Source of the DNA: an uncultured cyanobacterium
GTDB lineage: Bacteria; Cyanobacteriota; Cyanobacteriia; Cyanobacteriales; Nostocaceae
DNA: 64,000 nt
Direction of reading: 5' to 3'
Assembly (NCBI GenBank): GCA_963740315.1
Contig: CAVUDP010000001.1
Location: 704,001 to 768,000, forward strand
Both the position numbers and the translations under genes were made by a program. Shown one piece after another: positions 8,921 to 18,757 of this stretch; the stretch's first letter is position 1, and every line of letters starts with the position of its first letter. The notes under the pieces are model-generated. The model was given only the letters and a program-made list of their open reading frames with translations, was not told where the DNA came from and did not search any database.

Positions 8921-11698
8921 ATGACCGAGGAAGAATTGCTACAGGCGATCGAACAAGCAGCAGCAGAGGGAGCGACGGAATTAGACCTTTCTGGTAACGA
9001 GTTGACGGTTTTACCTCCTGAAATTGGGAAGCTGACACAACTTAAAAAGTTGATTCTTGGTAGATATGATACAAAAGCTTTTGGTGGTTATATCGGTAAC
9101 AACTTGAGCGAGTTATCGAAAGAAATTGGACTGCTCAATCAACTTGAAGAACTTCTAATAATCGGAAATCAACTGAGTGAATTACCAGCAGAATTTGGAC
9201 AACTCACCAATTTGCAATCCCTCAACCTCAGTGGTAATCAACTGAGTGAATTACCAGCAGAAATAGGACAACTCACCAATTTGCAATCCCTCAACCTCAA
9301 CCACAATCAACTGAATAGTTTACCAGCAGAATTTGGACTGCTCAATCAACTTGAAGAACTTCTAATAATCGGAAATCAACTGAGTGAATTACCAGCAGAA
9401 TTTGGACAACTCACCAATTTGCAATCCCTCAACCTCAACCACAATCAACTGAATAGTTTACCAGCAGAATTTGGACAACTCACCAACTTGCAATCTCTCC
9501 ACCTCTGGGGTAATCAACTGAGTGAATTACCAGCAGAAATAGGACAACTCACCAATTTGCAATCCCTCAACCTCAACCACAATCAACTGAATAGTTTACC
9601 AACCGAAATTGGACATTTACATTCATGCCTATCAGAACTTAGGCTCGATTATAATCTCTTAAAATACCTTCCACCAGAAATCCGAGGTAAAAGTTCTCAA
9701 GTAATCTTAAACTTTTACAAACAACAGTTAGAACAAACAATCGACCGTCTCTACGAAGCAAAATTTTTGATTATTGGAGAAGGAGAAGCGGGTAAAACTT
9801 CTTTAGCGAAAAAAATTGAAGATGAAAATTACCAACTCAAATCTGATGAGAAATCAACAGAAGGTATTGATGTCATCCAGTGGAAATTCCCACTACCTAA
9901 TGGTAAAGAATTTCGCGTTAATATTTGGGATTTTGGCGGACAAGAAATCTACCATCAAACTCACCAATTTTTTCTATCCAAACGTTCTCTTTACGCTTTA
10001 GTTGCTGATTCTCGCAGGGAAAATACTAACTTTTACTGGTGGATGAAAGTTGCCGAACTTCTAAGTGATAAAAGCCCTATATTAATTATTGAAAATGAAA
10101 AACAAGACCGTAAATGTGAAATACCCAAGTTAAAGAACGAGTTTAGTAATTTAAAAGAAGTTTTGGCAACTAACTTAGCAACAAATCGTGGTTTAGAAGA
10201 AATCAAAAAAAGTATAAGATATTATATCAGCAATCTTCCCCACATTGGTACAGAGTTACCAAAAATCTGGGTGGAAATCCGTTCGATTATCGAAAAAGAT
10301 TCTCGCAATTACATTAGTCGAGAAGAATATTATCAACTTTGCAAATCTAATAATTTAGCCGAACGTGACGATATACTGTTGCTAAGTGGCTTTTTACACG
10401 ATCTCGGCGTTTGTCTGCACTTCCAAGATGATTCTACATTAAAACACTATGTAATTCTCAAACCGGAATGGGCGACAAATGCGGTTTATAAAGTATTAGA
10501 TAATGAAGCTGTCATAAATAATTTGGGATGTTTTACCCAAGAACAACTCGGTGAGATTTGGCAAGATAGGAAATACAGCGATATGCAAGATGAACTGCTG
10601 CAATTAATGATGCGGTTTAAACTCTGCTACCCAATTCCCAATCGTTCCGGTAATTATATCGCACCACAATTACTTGATATCAACCAACCCGCATACAGTT
10701 GGGATAGATCCAATAATCTTATCTTGCGCTACGAATATGATTTCATGCCCAAAGGTATTATCACTCGCTTCATTGTAGAAACACACCCTTGGATTGAACA
10801 GCAAAAATTAGTTTGGAAAAGTGGTGTTGTTCTCAATAAAGACCAAATTCGCGCTGAAGTTATTGAAAATTACGATCGACGAGAAATTAAAGTAAGGGTA
10901 TCGGGAAACCGTAAAAAAGATTTACTCACGGTTGTCAATCACGAATTAGAAAAAATCCATCGTTCTTTCGAGCGCTTACAATATCAAACTTTGGTTCCCT
11001 GTAACTGTAAAGAATGTGCGGGAAGCGAAAATCCTTATAGTTATGCTTTAGAAAATTTGCGTAGACGTTTAGAAAAGGGTAGGTATGAAATTGAGTGCGA
11101 TCGCAGCTATGAAATGGTAGATGTCAGAAGATTAATTGACGATGTTAATTTGTCGCTTCAGCCAAAATTTCGGGAATTTAAAGTAGAAAATACACCATTG
11201 CAACGGGAATTAGAACGTGAGAAAAGTATAAATTTAAATGTTAGTATTCAAAATCATAATCAATCAACATCGGAGAGTACAAGCATGAGTAACATTAATG
11301 ACCAAAGCCGTAAAGTTAACATAGGTGGAGATGCAACAAATATTAGTGGTGGTGCATTTAATTTAGGAGAAATCAGCGGTACGGTTGCTAATACCATTAA
11401 TCAGTTACCAGCTTCACCAGAATCGGATAAACCTGGAATCAAAGAATTATTAGAACAACTCAAAACAGCAATTGAGTCAGAATCAAATTTAAGTGATGAT
11501 GATAAAGTTACTGCACTAGAAGAAGTCAAAACTTTAGCTGAAGCAGGACAAAAACCGCAAGAAGGAACAATGCAAAAGCAGGCGAAAAGAGCGATATTGG
11601 CTTTAAAAGGTCTTGTTTCTGGTTTACCTGCTGCTGCAAAGTTGGCTGAATCAGTTCAAAAGCTAATACCGATGATTTCTCATATATTTGGTTTTTAA
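8921..11698 (+). CDS. LRR-Roc-COR (Roco) GTPase with C-terminal helical domain
   Basis: 23-aa LRRs; P-loop GEGEAGKTS, STEGID, WDFGGQ; COR motifs LHDLG and FMPKG; CNCKEC after COR. Confidence 0.95.
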   Translation: MTEEELLQAIEQAAAEGATELDLSGNELTVLPPEIGKLTQLKKLILGRYDTKAFGGYIGNNLSELSKEIGLLNQLEELLIIGNQLSELPAEFGQLTNLQSLNLSGNQLSELPAEIGQLTNLQSLNLNHNQLNSLPAEFGLLNQLEELLIIGNQLSELPAEFGQLTNLQSLNLNHNQLNSLPAEFGQLTNLQSLHLWGNQLSELPAEIGQLTNLQSLNLNHNQLNSLPTEIGHLHSCLSELRLDYNLLKYLPPEIRGKSSQVILNFYKQQLEQTIDRLYEAKFLIIGEGEAGKTSLAKKIEDENYQLKSDEKSTEGIDVIQWKFPLPNGKEFRVNIWDFGGQEIYHQTHQFFLSKRSLYALVADSRRENTNFYWWMKVAELLSDKSPILIIENEKQDRKCEIPKLKNEFSNLKEVLATNLATNRGLEEIKKSIRYYISNLPHIGTELPKIWVEIRSIIEKDSRNYISREEYYQLCKSNNLAERDDILLLSGFLHDLGVCLHFQDDSTLKHYVILKPEWATNAVYKVLDNEAVINNLGCFTQEQLGEIWQDRKYSDMQDELLQLMMRFKLCYPIPNRSGNYIAPQLLDINQPAYSWDRSNNLILRYEYDFMPKGIITRFIVETHPWIEQQKLVWKSGVVLNKDQIRAEVIENYDRREIKVRVSGNRKKDLLTVVNHELEKIHRSFERLQYQTLVPCNCKECAGSENPYSYALENLRRRLEKGRYEIECDRSYEMVDVRRLIDDVNLSLQPKFREFKVENTPLQRELEREKSINLNVSIQNHNQSTSESTSMSNINDQSRKVNIGGDATNISGGAFNLGEISGTVANTINQLPASPESDKPGIKELLEQLKTAIESESNLSDDDKVTALEEVKTLAEAGQKPQEGTMQKQAKRAILALKGLVSGLPAAAKLAESVQKLIPMISHIFGF

Positions 11699-12239
11699 TA
11701 AGTGGGTATGCCTTTATTATTTGTGTGATTGCGTTAGCGCAGCGTGTCCGATAGGACATGCGACAGCGGATCTTTCCCAGAATCTTGCGATGAACCGCAC
11801 CTCTGGTGATTGCTTCGTTCCTCGCAATGACAAATGTACAATTTATTTTGCGTGAGTACTTAAGTGGGTATGCCTTGATTATTTGTGTGATTGCGAACGA
11901 CAGCGGATCTTTCCCAGAATCTTGCGATGAACCGCACCTCTGGTGATTGCTTCGTTCCTCGCAATGACAATGTACAATTTATTTTGCGTGAGTACTTAAG
12001 TGGGTATGCCTTCATTATTTGTGTCATTGCGAACGAAGTGAAGCAATCCCAGAATCTTGCGATGAACCGCACCTGCGGTGGTTGCTTCGTTCCTCGCAAT
12101 GACAAATGTACAATTTATTTTGCGTGAGTACTTAAGTGGGTATGCCTTCATTATTTGTGTCATTGCGAACGAAGTGAAGCAATCCCAGAATCTTGCGATT
12201 GCTTCGTTCCTCGCAATGACAATGTACAATTTATTTTGC
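11699..12239. mobile_element. Tandem array of four MITE-like palindromic units (162, 136, 136 and about 107 bp)
   Basis: Units start TAAGTGGGTATGCC at 11699, 11861, 11997 and 12133. The first three end ATTTATTTTGCGTGAGTACTTA. Internal GTCATTGCG..AAGCAATC/GATTGCTT..CGCAATGAC stem. Confidence 0.85.
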
Positions 12240-12288
12240 CTTAGATTTTCTATTGCGATCGCCTTCGTTGAGCGCGGATATAAACGGG

Positions 12289-13551
12289 CTAACACCAAAT
12301 CCTCACAACTTTCCCGGTTATCTCTTCTCCCAACCACGGTGTATTGCTTGATAAACTATGTAAATTCTTGCTAATAACTTTCCAAGTTTCCTGGGGATTA
12401 AATAAAGTTAATTCTGCTTTTTCACCAGCTTCAATCTTACTTGCATTTTGTTGTAAACATTCGGCTGGATTGGTGGAAAGCGCTTTCCATAATTCCAAGG
12501 CTGTAAATTCACCCGTTTCTACCAATTGCCACAACAAAGGTAAGGCTAATTCCAAACCGATCGCTCCTGGTGGTGCTTGAGCAAACGCGACGGTTTTCTC
12601 TTCATAAGTATAAGGCGAATGGTCTATTGCGATCGCATCTAATATTCCTTGGCGCACTCCCCGACGCAATGCGATCGCATCTTTTGGATTACCCAAGGGC
12701 GGCTCTAAATGCAACCCTGTATCATAGCTCTTAACTGCTTTTGTGTCAAGTAAAAGATGCATCCAGGTAGTGCTGGCGGTGATGGGTAAACCTTTGGCTT
12801 TGGCATCAGCTATTAATTCTACGCTTCTGGCGGTAGAGACGCGCATGATGTGGGTGGGGGTAAAAGTGGTGGCGACTAATTCGAGTAAAGCAGCGATGGC
12901 AGAAGTCTCCGAAGCAGCGGGATTTCCCGGTAAACCCCATTGAATCGAATCTGCACCCTCGCGCATGACTCCATCCGAGGAAATATTGCGATCGCAACAC
13001 CAAAAGGCGACGGGTTTTCTAAAGGGTTGCAGATATTCCAGCGATCGACGCACCAAGGCTAAATTATTCAAAGCGTCACCGTCGGCAAAACCAACAATCC
13101 CCGCCGTTTTTAAATCTGCTAATTCCGTCATTTTTTCGCCTTTGACATCTTGGGTAATTGCACCCCATATATTGAGCATTGGGATTGGAGTGAATTGCAA
13201 AGCCTTATGAAGTTGCTGTAATTGGGCGACAACTGCGGGATTATCGATGGCTGGGGATGTATCGGGTAATAGAGTGATGCGAGTAAAACCGCCAGCGGAA
13301 GCAGCTTTGAGGAGAGATGCAAGGGTTTCTCTTTCTTCAAAACCTGGTTCCCCAGAATGGCTGTATAAATCTACCAATCCCGGTCCTAAAATTAAAGAAT
13401 GACACTCACGAATAGAAGTACCATTAGGGATATCCGAAATGCGATCGTTAACCGATTTAATAATACCATCCTCAATCAACACATCACCAACTCGATCGGT
13501 TTTAGTTACAGGATTGATAATTCTTACTTGTTGTAAAAGTTCGGTTGTCAT
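12289..13551 (-). CDS. pyrC: Dihydroorotase-like protein, probably non-catalytic PyrC' type
   Basis: PGLVDLYSHSGEPG, AASAGGFT, AIDHSP, GAIGLE, NTPWLG; metal-binding His positions substituted. Confidence 0.85.
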   Translation of the reverse strand: MTTELLQQVRIINPVTKTDRVGDVLIEDGIIKSVNDRISDIPNGTSIRECHSLILGPGLVDLYSHSGEPGFEERETLASLLKAASAGGFTRITLLPDTSPAIDNPAVVAQLQQLHKALQFTPIPMLNIWGAITQDVKGEKMTELADLKTAGIVGFADGDALNNLALVRRSLEYLQPFRKPVAFWCCDRNISSDGVMREGADSIQWGLPGNPAASETSAIAALLELVATTFTPTHIMRVSTARSVELIADAKAKGLPITASTTWMHLLLDTKAVKSYDTGLHLEPPLGNPKDAIALRRGVRQGILDAIAIDHSPYTYEEKTVAFAQAPPGAIGLELALPLLWQLVETGEFTALELWKALSTNPAECLQQNASKIEAGEKAELTLFNPQETWKVISKNLHSLSSNTPWLGEEITGKVVRIWC

Positions 13552-13561
13552 ATTATTAGTA

Positions 13562-13731
13562 TTAAGGTTAAAGGTCAAAGGTTAAAGGTCAAAGGTTAAA
13601 GGTCAAAGGTTAAAGGTTAAAGGTTAAAATTATTTTTATCTCCCCATCCCCCCATCTCCTTGTCCCCTTGTCCCCTTGTCTCCCCATCTCCCCATCTCCC
13701 TATGCCCCATGCCCCATGCCCAATTCCCAAT
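13562..13731. repeat. STRR arrays (AAGGTTA/AAGGTCA)n and (CCCCATC/CCCTTGT/CCCCATG)n
   Basis: Direct tandem 7-9-mers. Confidence 0.9.
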
Positions 13732-15084
13732 TCACAACGCTCCAGTAACAGTTTCATCTAACACGCTTTCTCCTAAATAAGAGGTAAAATTAATTCCTTG
13801 CAATACAGGAAAGCTATCCAAACCTTTGGGGTAATCAACAACATTCAAGCAACAGTTACTTTGACGGAAATTCCAAAGAGATTCTGCTGATAATCCTAAA
13901 AGATGACAAAGTAAAATTTGATTGGTAACTCCATGAGCCACTATTAATACAGTGTTTAATTTTTCGTTTAATGCTGCATTTAAAATTGATTCGTAAACTT
14001 CAATAGTGCGCTGCCAAACTTGCTGTAAGCTTTCTCCGGCAGGCATTTGGAATTGTTCTGGGGTTTCACGCCATCGCTGCAATTCTCCGGGAAATTCTTG
14101 CTCTATTTCTATTTCTGTTTTTCCTTCCCAAGCTCCGTGAATTATTTCTTTAAATCCATCGTTTAATTCTAACTGTATGTTTGGATGCTGCTGTAAAATT
14201 ATTTCTGCCGTTTCTTTCGCACGCAACAATGAACTACTAAATACTTTGTCAATTGAAACATCTTTGAGGAATTCGGCTACTTTCTCAGACTGTAATTTAC
14301 CATTGTCATTAAGTGAAACATCCACTTGTCCTTGATATCTACTTTGCTGATTCCAATCAGTTTCTCCATGACGTACTAATAGTAATCTTATTCCTCGATG
14401 ATTGGGACGTAATGAAGGTAATTCTTGTCCCATGTGTTGGGTTTGATTGAATGATTCTATCTGAACTTTTTCATCCAAATTACCAGCAAAATTTAGTACG
14501 TTTATGCAACAGTTCGATTGCTGAATACGCTGCATATAACCGGGAGCAATTTTAATTGCAGCTTGAATCAAACATCGATTTATACAGCTATGAGCTACAA
14601 CAAGTATGGTTTGATTTTGATGTTTGAGTAAAATTTCTTGCCAAAATTCTTTTGCTTGTTCGTATAACGCCAAAATCGGAAAATATTCGACGGTTGTTTC
14701 ACCATCTTTTACCAACATTCGCAATTTTTCGGGGTTTTCTTTCCAAATTTTTTGATCTTCGGGAAACTTTTCTTGCACTTCTGTAGAAAGCATTCCCTCC
14801 CATAAAGGTAGGTGAATTTCCATTATTTTATGATTCTGTTGCAGAGCGGGGGTATTATCTAAATTCGCTTTGATTTCGCGGTGAATAATCTCTGCGGTTT
14901 GTTTTGCTCGTTTGAGGGGGCTGCAATAAATCGCATCAAATGAAATATTATTCAGAGCCTTGCCTACTTTTACTGCATCATCACAACCTTTTTGGGTTAA
15001 CTCCGATTCGTCTAGATGTCCCTGAATCCGTCTAACGATATTGTAAGTGCTTTCACCATGACGTACTATAATTACTCGTGTCAA
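13732..15084 (-). CDS. Two-domain histidine phosphatase (phosphoglycerate mutase / phosphoserine phosphatase type)
   Basis: Two RHGE motifs (VRHGES, VRHGET), each followed by SPLxRA/SSLxRA and VAH motifs. Confidence 0.9.
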   Translation of the reverse strand: MTRVIIVRHGESTYNIVRRIQGHLDESELTQKGCDDAVKVGKALNNISFDAIYCSPLKRAKQTAEIIHREIKANLDNTPALQQNHKIMEIHLPLWEGMLSTEVQEKFPEDQKIWKENPEKLRMLVKDGETTVEYFPILALYEQAKEFWQEILLKHQNQTILVVAHSCINRCLIQAAIKIAPGYMQRIQQSNCCINVLNFAGNLDEKVQIESFNQTQHMGQELPSLRPNHRGIRLLLVRHGETDWNQQSRYQGQVDVSLNDNGKLQSEKVAEFLKDVSIDKVFSSSLLRAKETAEIILQQHPNIQLELNDGFKEIIHGAWEGKTEIEIEQEFPGELQRWRETPEQFQMPAGESLQQVWQRTIEVYESILNAALNEKLNTVLIVAHGVTNQILLCHLLGLSAESLWNFRQSNCCLNVVDYPKGLDSFPVLQGINFTSYLGESVLDETVTGAL

Positions 15085-15325
15085 CTTTTCCCCTCCTTTC
15101 TCTCAAGGAATAATTTTACTTGAAAGTGAGTAAAATTTGGGGATTGGGCATTGGGAAAATACGATCGTAATTATTTCTATTTAGACATAAATTAAAGGCG
15201 ATCGCCCAGTTTTATGGAAGCACCCCTCTGATACAATAAATTGGTAGAGATTGGCAACAAATCTTAATTTATGATTTGATGATTTTTGTCATAAGATATC
15301 ATTAGATGTTGCGATCGTAACAATT

Positions 15326-15517
15326 ATGCACAGAGAATATATAGAAGTTTTAGAAGGGTTAATTGATAAATTGACATTATCCACAGTTTTGGAAATGTTA
15401 GAGCGAATATGCCACAAAAAAGCAGAAAATCTCAGAACTAAGTGGAAAGATGAGGCTTCAGCAAAGCTTTGGGAGAAAGCTGCTAGGCAAGTAGAGCAGA
15501 TCGATATTGATGTTTGA
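15326..15517 (+). CDS. Small conserved hypothetical protein
   Basis: 63-aa helical ORF (LEGLIDKLTL..ICHKKAENLR..W..AKLWEKAA) of a type seen in cyanobacteria. Confidence 0.7.
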   Translation: MHREYIEVLEGLIDKLTLSTVLEMLERICHKKAENLRTKWKDEASAKLWEKAARQVEQIDIDV

Positions 15518-15742
15518 TTAAGTAGCGATATAGGGGAATCGCAGTATGTGTAATGTGAGAATCCTCGGAAAATAGCACAGGCTTGAAATAAGTTATGAAT
15601 TATATATATAACCAAAATAAAACCCGTAAAAACGGGCTTCATTGTTGTTATTTAAGTTAGAAATGTTCGCCTGAGAAAAATACGGTGTTATAAAAAATAG
15701 CTACAAATGGATTTTTAGAGGATGTTCGAGAAATATCGTTTT

Positions 15743-16126
15743 CTACAATTTCTTGATTTTCAAATCCTTTCGTTGATTAGTGTTAGTTAAATCAAACTGT
15801 AGCTGCAATCCATCATTACTATCACCTGTTTTATCACCAGGTTGTAGCAAAACGGGTGTATTGCCTATTTGTTGCATTTCACCAGCTCTCCAGGAGCCGA
15901 CGTTGGTAAGTGTATTTTGCTCTACATTATTATTAACCGGGGTTGGGGTGGAAGTTTGAGGAGTAAAAAAGATGGAGAAATCTTGATTTGCTGTTCTTTG
16001 ATTGATTCCGGTGAGCGAATCGCCAGATAAAGTGTAACCTTTTCGATTAGACTGGGCGCTTGCTGAATTGGTAAAAGCTAGGGTTGCCACTATTCCTAAA
16101 GCAGCCACAAATTTAATCTTTAACAT
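15743..16126 (-). CDS. Hypothetical secreted protein
   Basis: Signal peptide ending ASA-Q; TLSGDSL motif. Confidence 0.7.
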   Translation of the reverse strand: MLKIKFVAALGIVATLAFTNSASAQSNRKGYTLSGDSLTGINQRTANQDFSIFFTPQTSTPTPVNNNVEQNTLTNVGSWRAGEMQQIGNTPVLLQPGDKTGDSNDGLQLQFDLTNTNQRKDLKIKKL

Positions 16127-16333
16127 TCTTATTCACGCTCCTAGTATGTCTGCAATGACTTACTTGTAAAGGATTTGTCGCCATTATTATATGCGACTTT
16201 ATATTAAAAAACCTTAGTCTATATACGTATTTTATCAAAGTACTATTTATCGATCGGCGATCGCTAATTATTTGAATTTTTGTTAACTTAAAAGTCAAAA
16301 AACGTTAACATTCCTGAAGATTCTATCTTCTTA

Positions 16334-16475
16334 GAGGATGTTTGGAAAGCCACAAATAAGATCGGAAGACTTTCGAAATCCCCCTTACAGAAGGGGGACT
16401 TTAACCCCCCTTTTTAAGGGGGGAAGGGGGGATCAAAGCAGTAATGAGGTAACAACAGATACTTGGAATATCCTC
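16334..16475. mobile_element. MITE with IS5-like TIRs and TTA target duplication
   Basis: TTA-GAGGATGTTTGGAAAG ... CTTGGAATATCCTC-TTA, enclosing CCCCCTT..AAGGGGG hairpins. Confidence 0.7.
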
Positions 16476-16554
16476 TTAAAGTAAATATTTTTTGTGAAAT
16501 AAAAGCAGAGGATATTTTGAAGTTACCGGGTTTGTAATTTTTGTTTTGCAGTAA

Positions 16555-18357
16555 CTAATCATTTTGAGGCTCGATCGCAAATTGAATTGTAAAAGTGGTT
16601 TTACCTGCTTGAGAGTCTAGTTGAATGGTTGCGCTTAAAAGTTCTACTAGTTTCTTGACTAAAGCTAATCCTATACCAGTTCCTCCGTGTTTCCAAGGGT
16701 CGTGAGATGGAATGCGATAAAATTTTTCAAAGATGGATTCTTGCTCTTCTAAGGGAATTTCTACTCCGGAATTAGTCACGCTCAACAAAACCGTTTTTTG
16801 TTTTTCTTGGGCTGTAACGGTAATTGTTTCTTTGGGTGGAGTATATTTACAGGCGTTAGTGAGTAGTTCGTTGATTACTCTTTCTAAGAGAATAACATCT
16901 GAGCTAATTAGAGATATTTCAGGAATGTCAATAATTAACCGCTGCTGTTGTCGTTGAATTTGTTCTTTAAAAGGCTCTACTAATTTGGGAATAAACGATC
17001 GCAAATCAATCAATTCAGGAATCAAAGTGGCATTTTCAGCATCAATATAACAAAGTGTGAGTAAGTCGCTAATTGATTTATTTTGTTGCTGGCAAGAATT
17101 TTTGAAAATTTTGAAGACGCGCTGAAATTTTTCAGATTCAATCTCCCGCGTTCCTTGAGTTGTAATTAATTTCTCCAAGGTTTGAGAAGCTAATAAAATA
17201 CTACTCATGGGAGTACGTAGTTCGTGAGAAATGGTTTTGAGAAAGTCATCTTTGAGAATATTAAGTTTTTCCAATTCCTTGACTTGGGCTTGAGCCTTTT
17301 CATAAAGTCGAGCTTGACGAACGGCGATCGCGCATTGATTGGCGACTTGTTCTACTAATCGAATTTCTAATTCATCGAATACTTCTTCTTTTAGTCTAAT
17401 TAACCAGATGTTTCCTAAAATACCGCGATCGTCATAAATAGGACAAACCAGTCGAGTGACTCGCCTTTTTTGGGGACTCAATTGGGGAATTCTTTCTACA
17501 AACTGTAATGACTGTTTGAGTAATAGCTGTTGATAAAGTTCGGGAAAATCTGCAATTTGTCTAGTTATTCCCTGGCTTTGAGGCTGCGTTACTGTATATT
17601 CATAAACAATAGTTGCAAATGTCTGGTGATTATCGTAAAGTTCGATTTTGCAACGTTCTATATCCAGCACTTCTCCCAATTCTTGGGTTACTTTTTTTAA
17701 TATCTGAGCTTCATCTAAACTGTCTCGAACTTTTTCCGTTATCCGTCTTATTAAAGCTTCAAACTTAACGGCTTTCTGTAGCTTGGTAGTACGATTTTGA
17801 ACCGTCGTTTCTAGATAGTTATTGAGACTTTGGAGTTGTCGATAAAGTTCGGCTTGTTGAACTGCAATTCCGACATAATTTGCTAGCCGCTTGAGCAATT
17901 CAACTTCTGACGAATCCCATTGATGAGGACATTTACAATGTTGAGCAATTAACAGTCCCCATAACTTATCTTCAGCGATAATTGACACTACTAAATTAGC
18001 TTTGACATCAAAAGTTGCTAATTTATCTATATGAATATTTTCTATTACTTTAATTCGTCCCTGGGTGTATTGTTCGATTTCTTTTGCTGTAAGACAGTGT
18101 TTAATCTTGGAATTAATAAGATTTTGATACGGTGCAACAACTGATTCGGCAACCATAATTCCGCTCCAGTCTGGTTCAAAACGATAGACTAATACCCTAT
18201 CTGTTTGCAGAAATAATCTAACTTCTTCTACGATTTCGTTGAGAATAGAATCTGAATCGAATGATTGCCGAATCCGCAGGGCGATCGCTCCTAACAATTT
18301 TTCCCGCTCTAAAGATGCAGATATTTTTTTGTAAGCTTCTGAGATGATTTCAGACAA
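16555..18357 (-). CDS. GAF-GAF sensor histidine kinase
   Basis: DRVLVYRF and LWGLLIAQHC phytochrome-type GAF, second GAF, SHELRTP, ELLTNACKY, GTGIGL. Confidence 0.92.
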   Translation of the reverse strand: MSEIISEAYKKISASLEREKLLGAIALRIRQSFDSDSILNEIVEEVRLFLQTDRVLVYRFEPDWSGIMVAESVVAPYQNLINSKIKHCLTAKEIEQYTQGRIKVIENIHIDKLATFDVKANLVVSIIAEDKLWGLLIAQHCKCPHQWDSSEVELLKRLANYVGIAVQQAELYRQLQSLNNYLETTVQNRTTKLQKAVKFEALIRRITEKVRDSLDEAQILKKVTQELGEVLDIERCKIELYDNHQTFATIVYEYTVTQPQSQGITRQIADFPELYQQLLLKQSLQFVERIPQLSPQKRRVTRLVCPIYDDRGILGNIWLIRLKEEVFDELEIRLVEQVANQCAIAVRQARLYEKAQAQVKELEKLNILKDDFLKTISHELRTPMSSILLASQTLEKLITTQGTREIESEKFQRVFKIFKNSCQQQNKSISDLLTLCYIDAENATLIPELIDLRSFIPKLVEPFKEQIQRQQQRLIIDIPEISLISSDVILLERVINELLTNACKYTPPKETITVTAQEKQKTVLLSVTNSGVEIPLEEQESIFEKFYRIPSHDPWKHGGTGIGLALVKKLVELLSATIQLDSQAGKTTFTIQFAIEPQND

Positions 18358-18757
18358 GAAAGATTACATCCACTATTTATAATATAATTGTTTGAAAATT
18401 TTATATTTTCTTTATTATTTTAACATTTAACTTAACAATTTACGATTTATTCAAAATCTATTTTTATGGAAGTTGAAATAGAGCTAAGTGTGAAGTTTAT
18501 CATCCGGCGCTTTGTTACCGCTGCTACACAAGCAAAACCCGCAGTAAGGCGGGTTGTAATATATAGGGCTAAAGAAGGTTTCTTCTATCGTTACGATCGC
18601 AACTAATCCCCCGATTAATTGGGGTGAATCGGAGTTCAAGTCCCCCTTAGAAAGGGCGATTTAGGGGGATCTTACGAGATGTGCGTACATATTAGCCGAT
18701 GCTTTGGAGAAGGATGCGGGGTGAGGTTTGCCTTTATTTTAGAAAAAAACCATATCT

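Noticed and set aside
11699..12239. Possible CRISPR array
   Set aside because: Units are 107-162 bp and similar along their whole length, with no unique spacers and no cas genes.
11526..12374. Short ORFs over the repeat array (77-113 aa)
   Set aside because: They are translations of the palindromic repeats on both strands and have no protein-like features.
15289..15642. 117-aa minus-strand ORF
   Set aside because: Overlaps the more plausible 63-aa plus-strand gene and has no motifs.
18600..18675. tRNA-like GTTCAAGTCCC sequence
   Set aside because: No cloverleaf; it belongs to the CCCCCTT..AAGGG..GGGGGATC repeat family.
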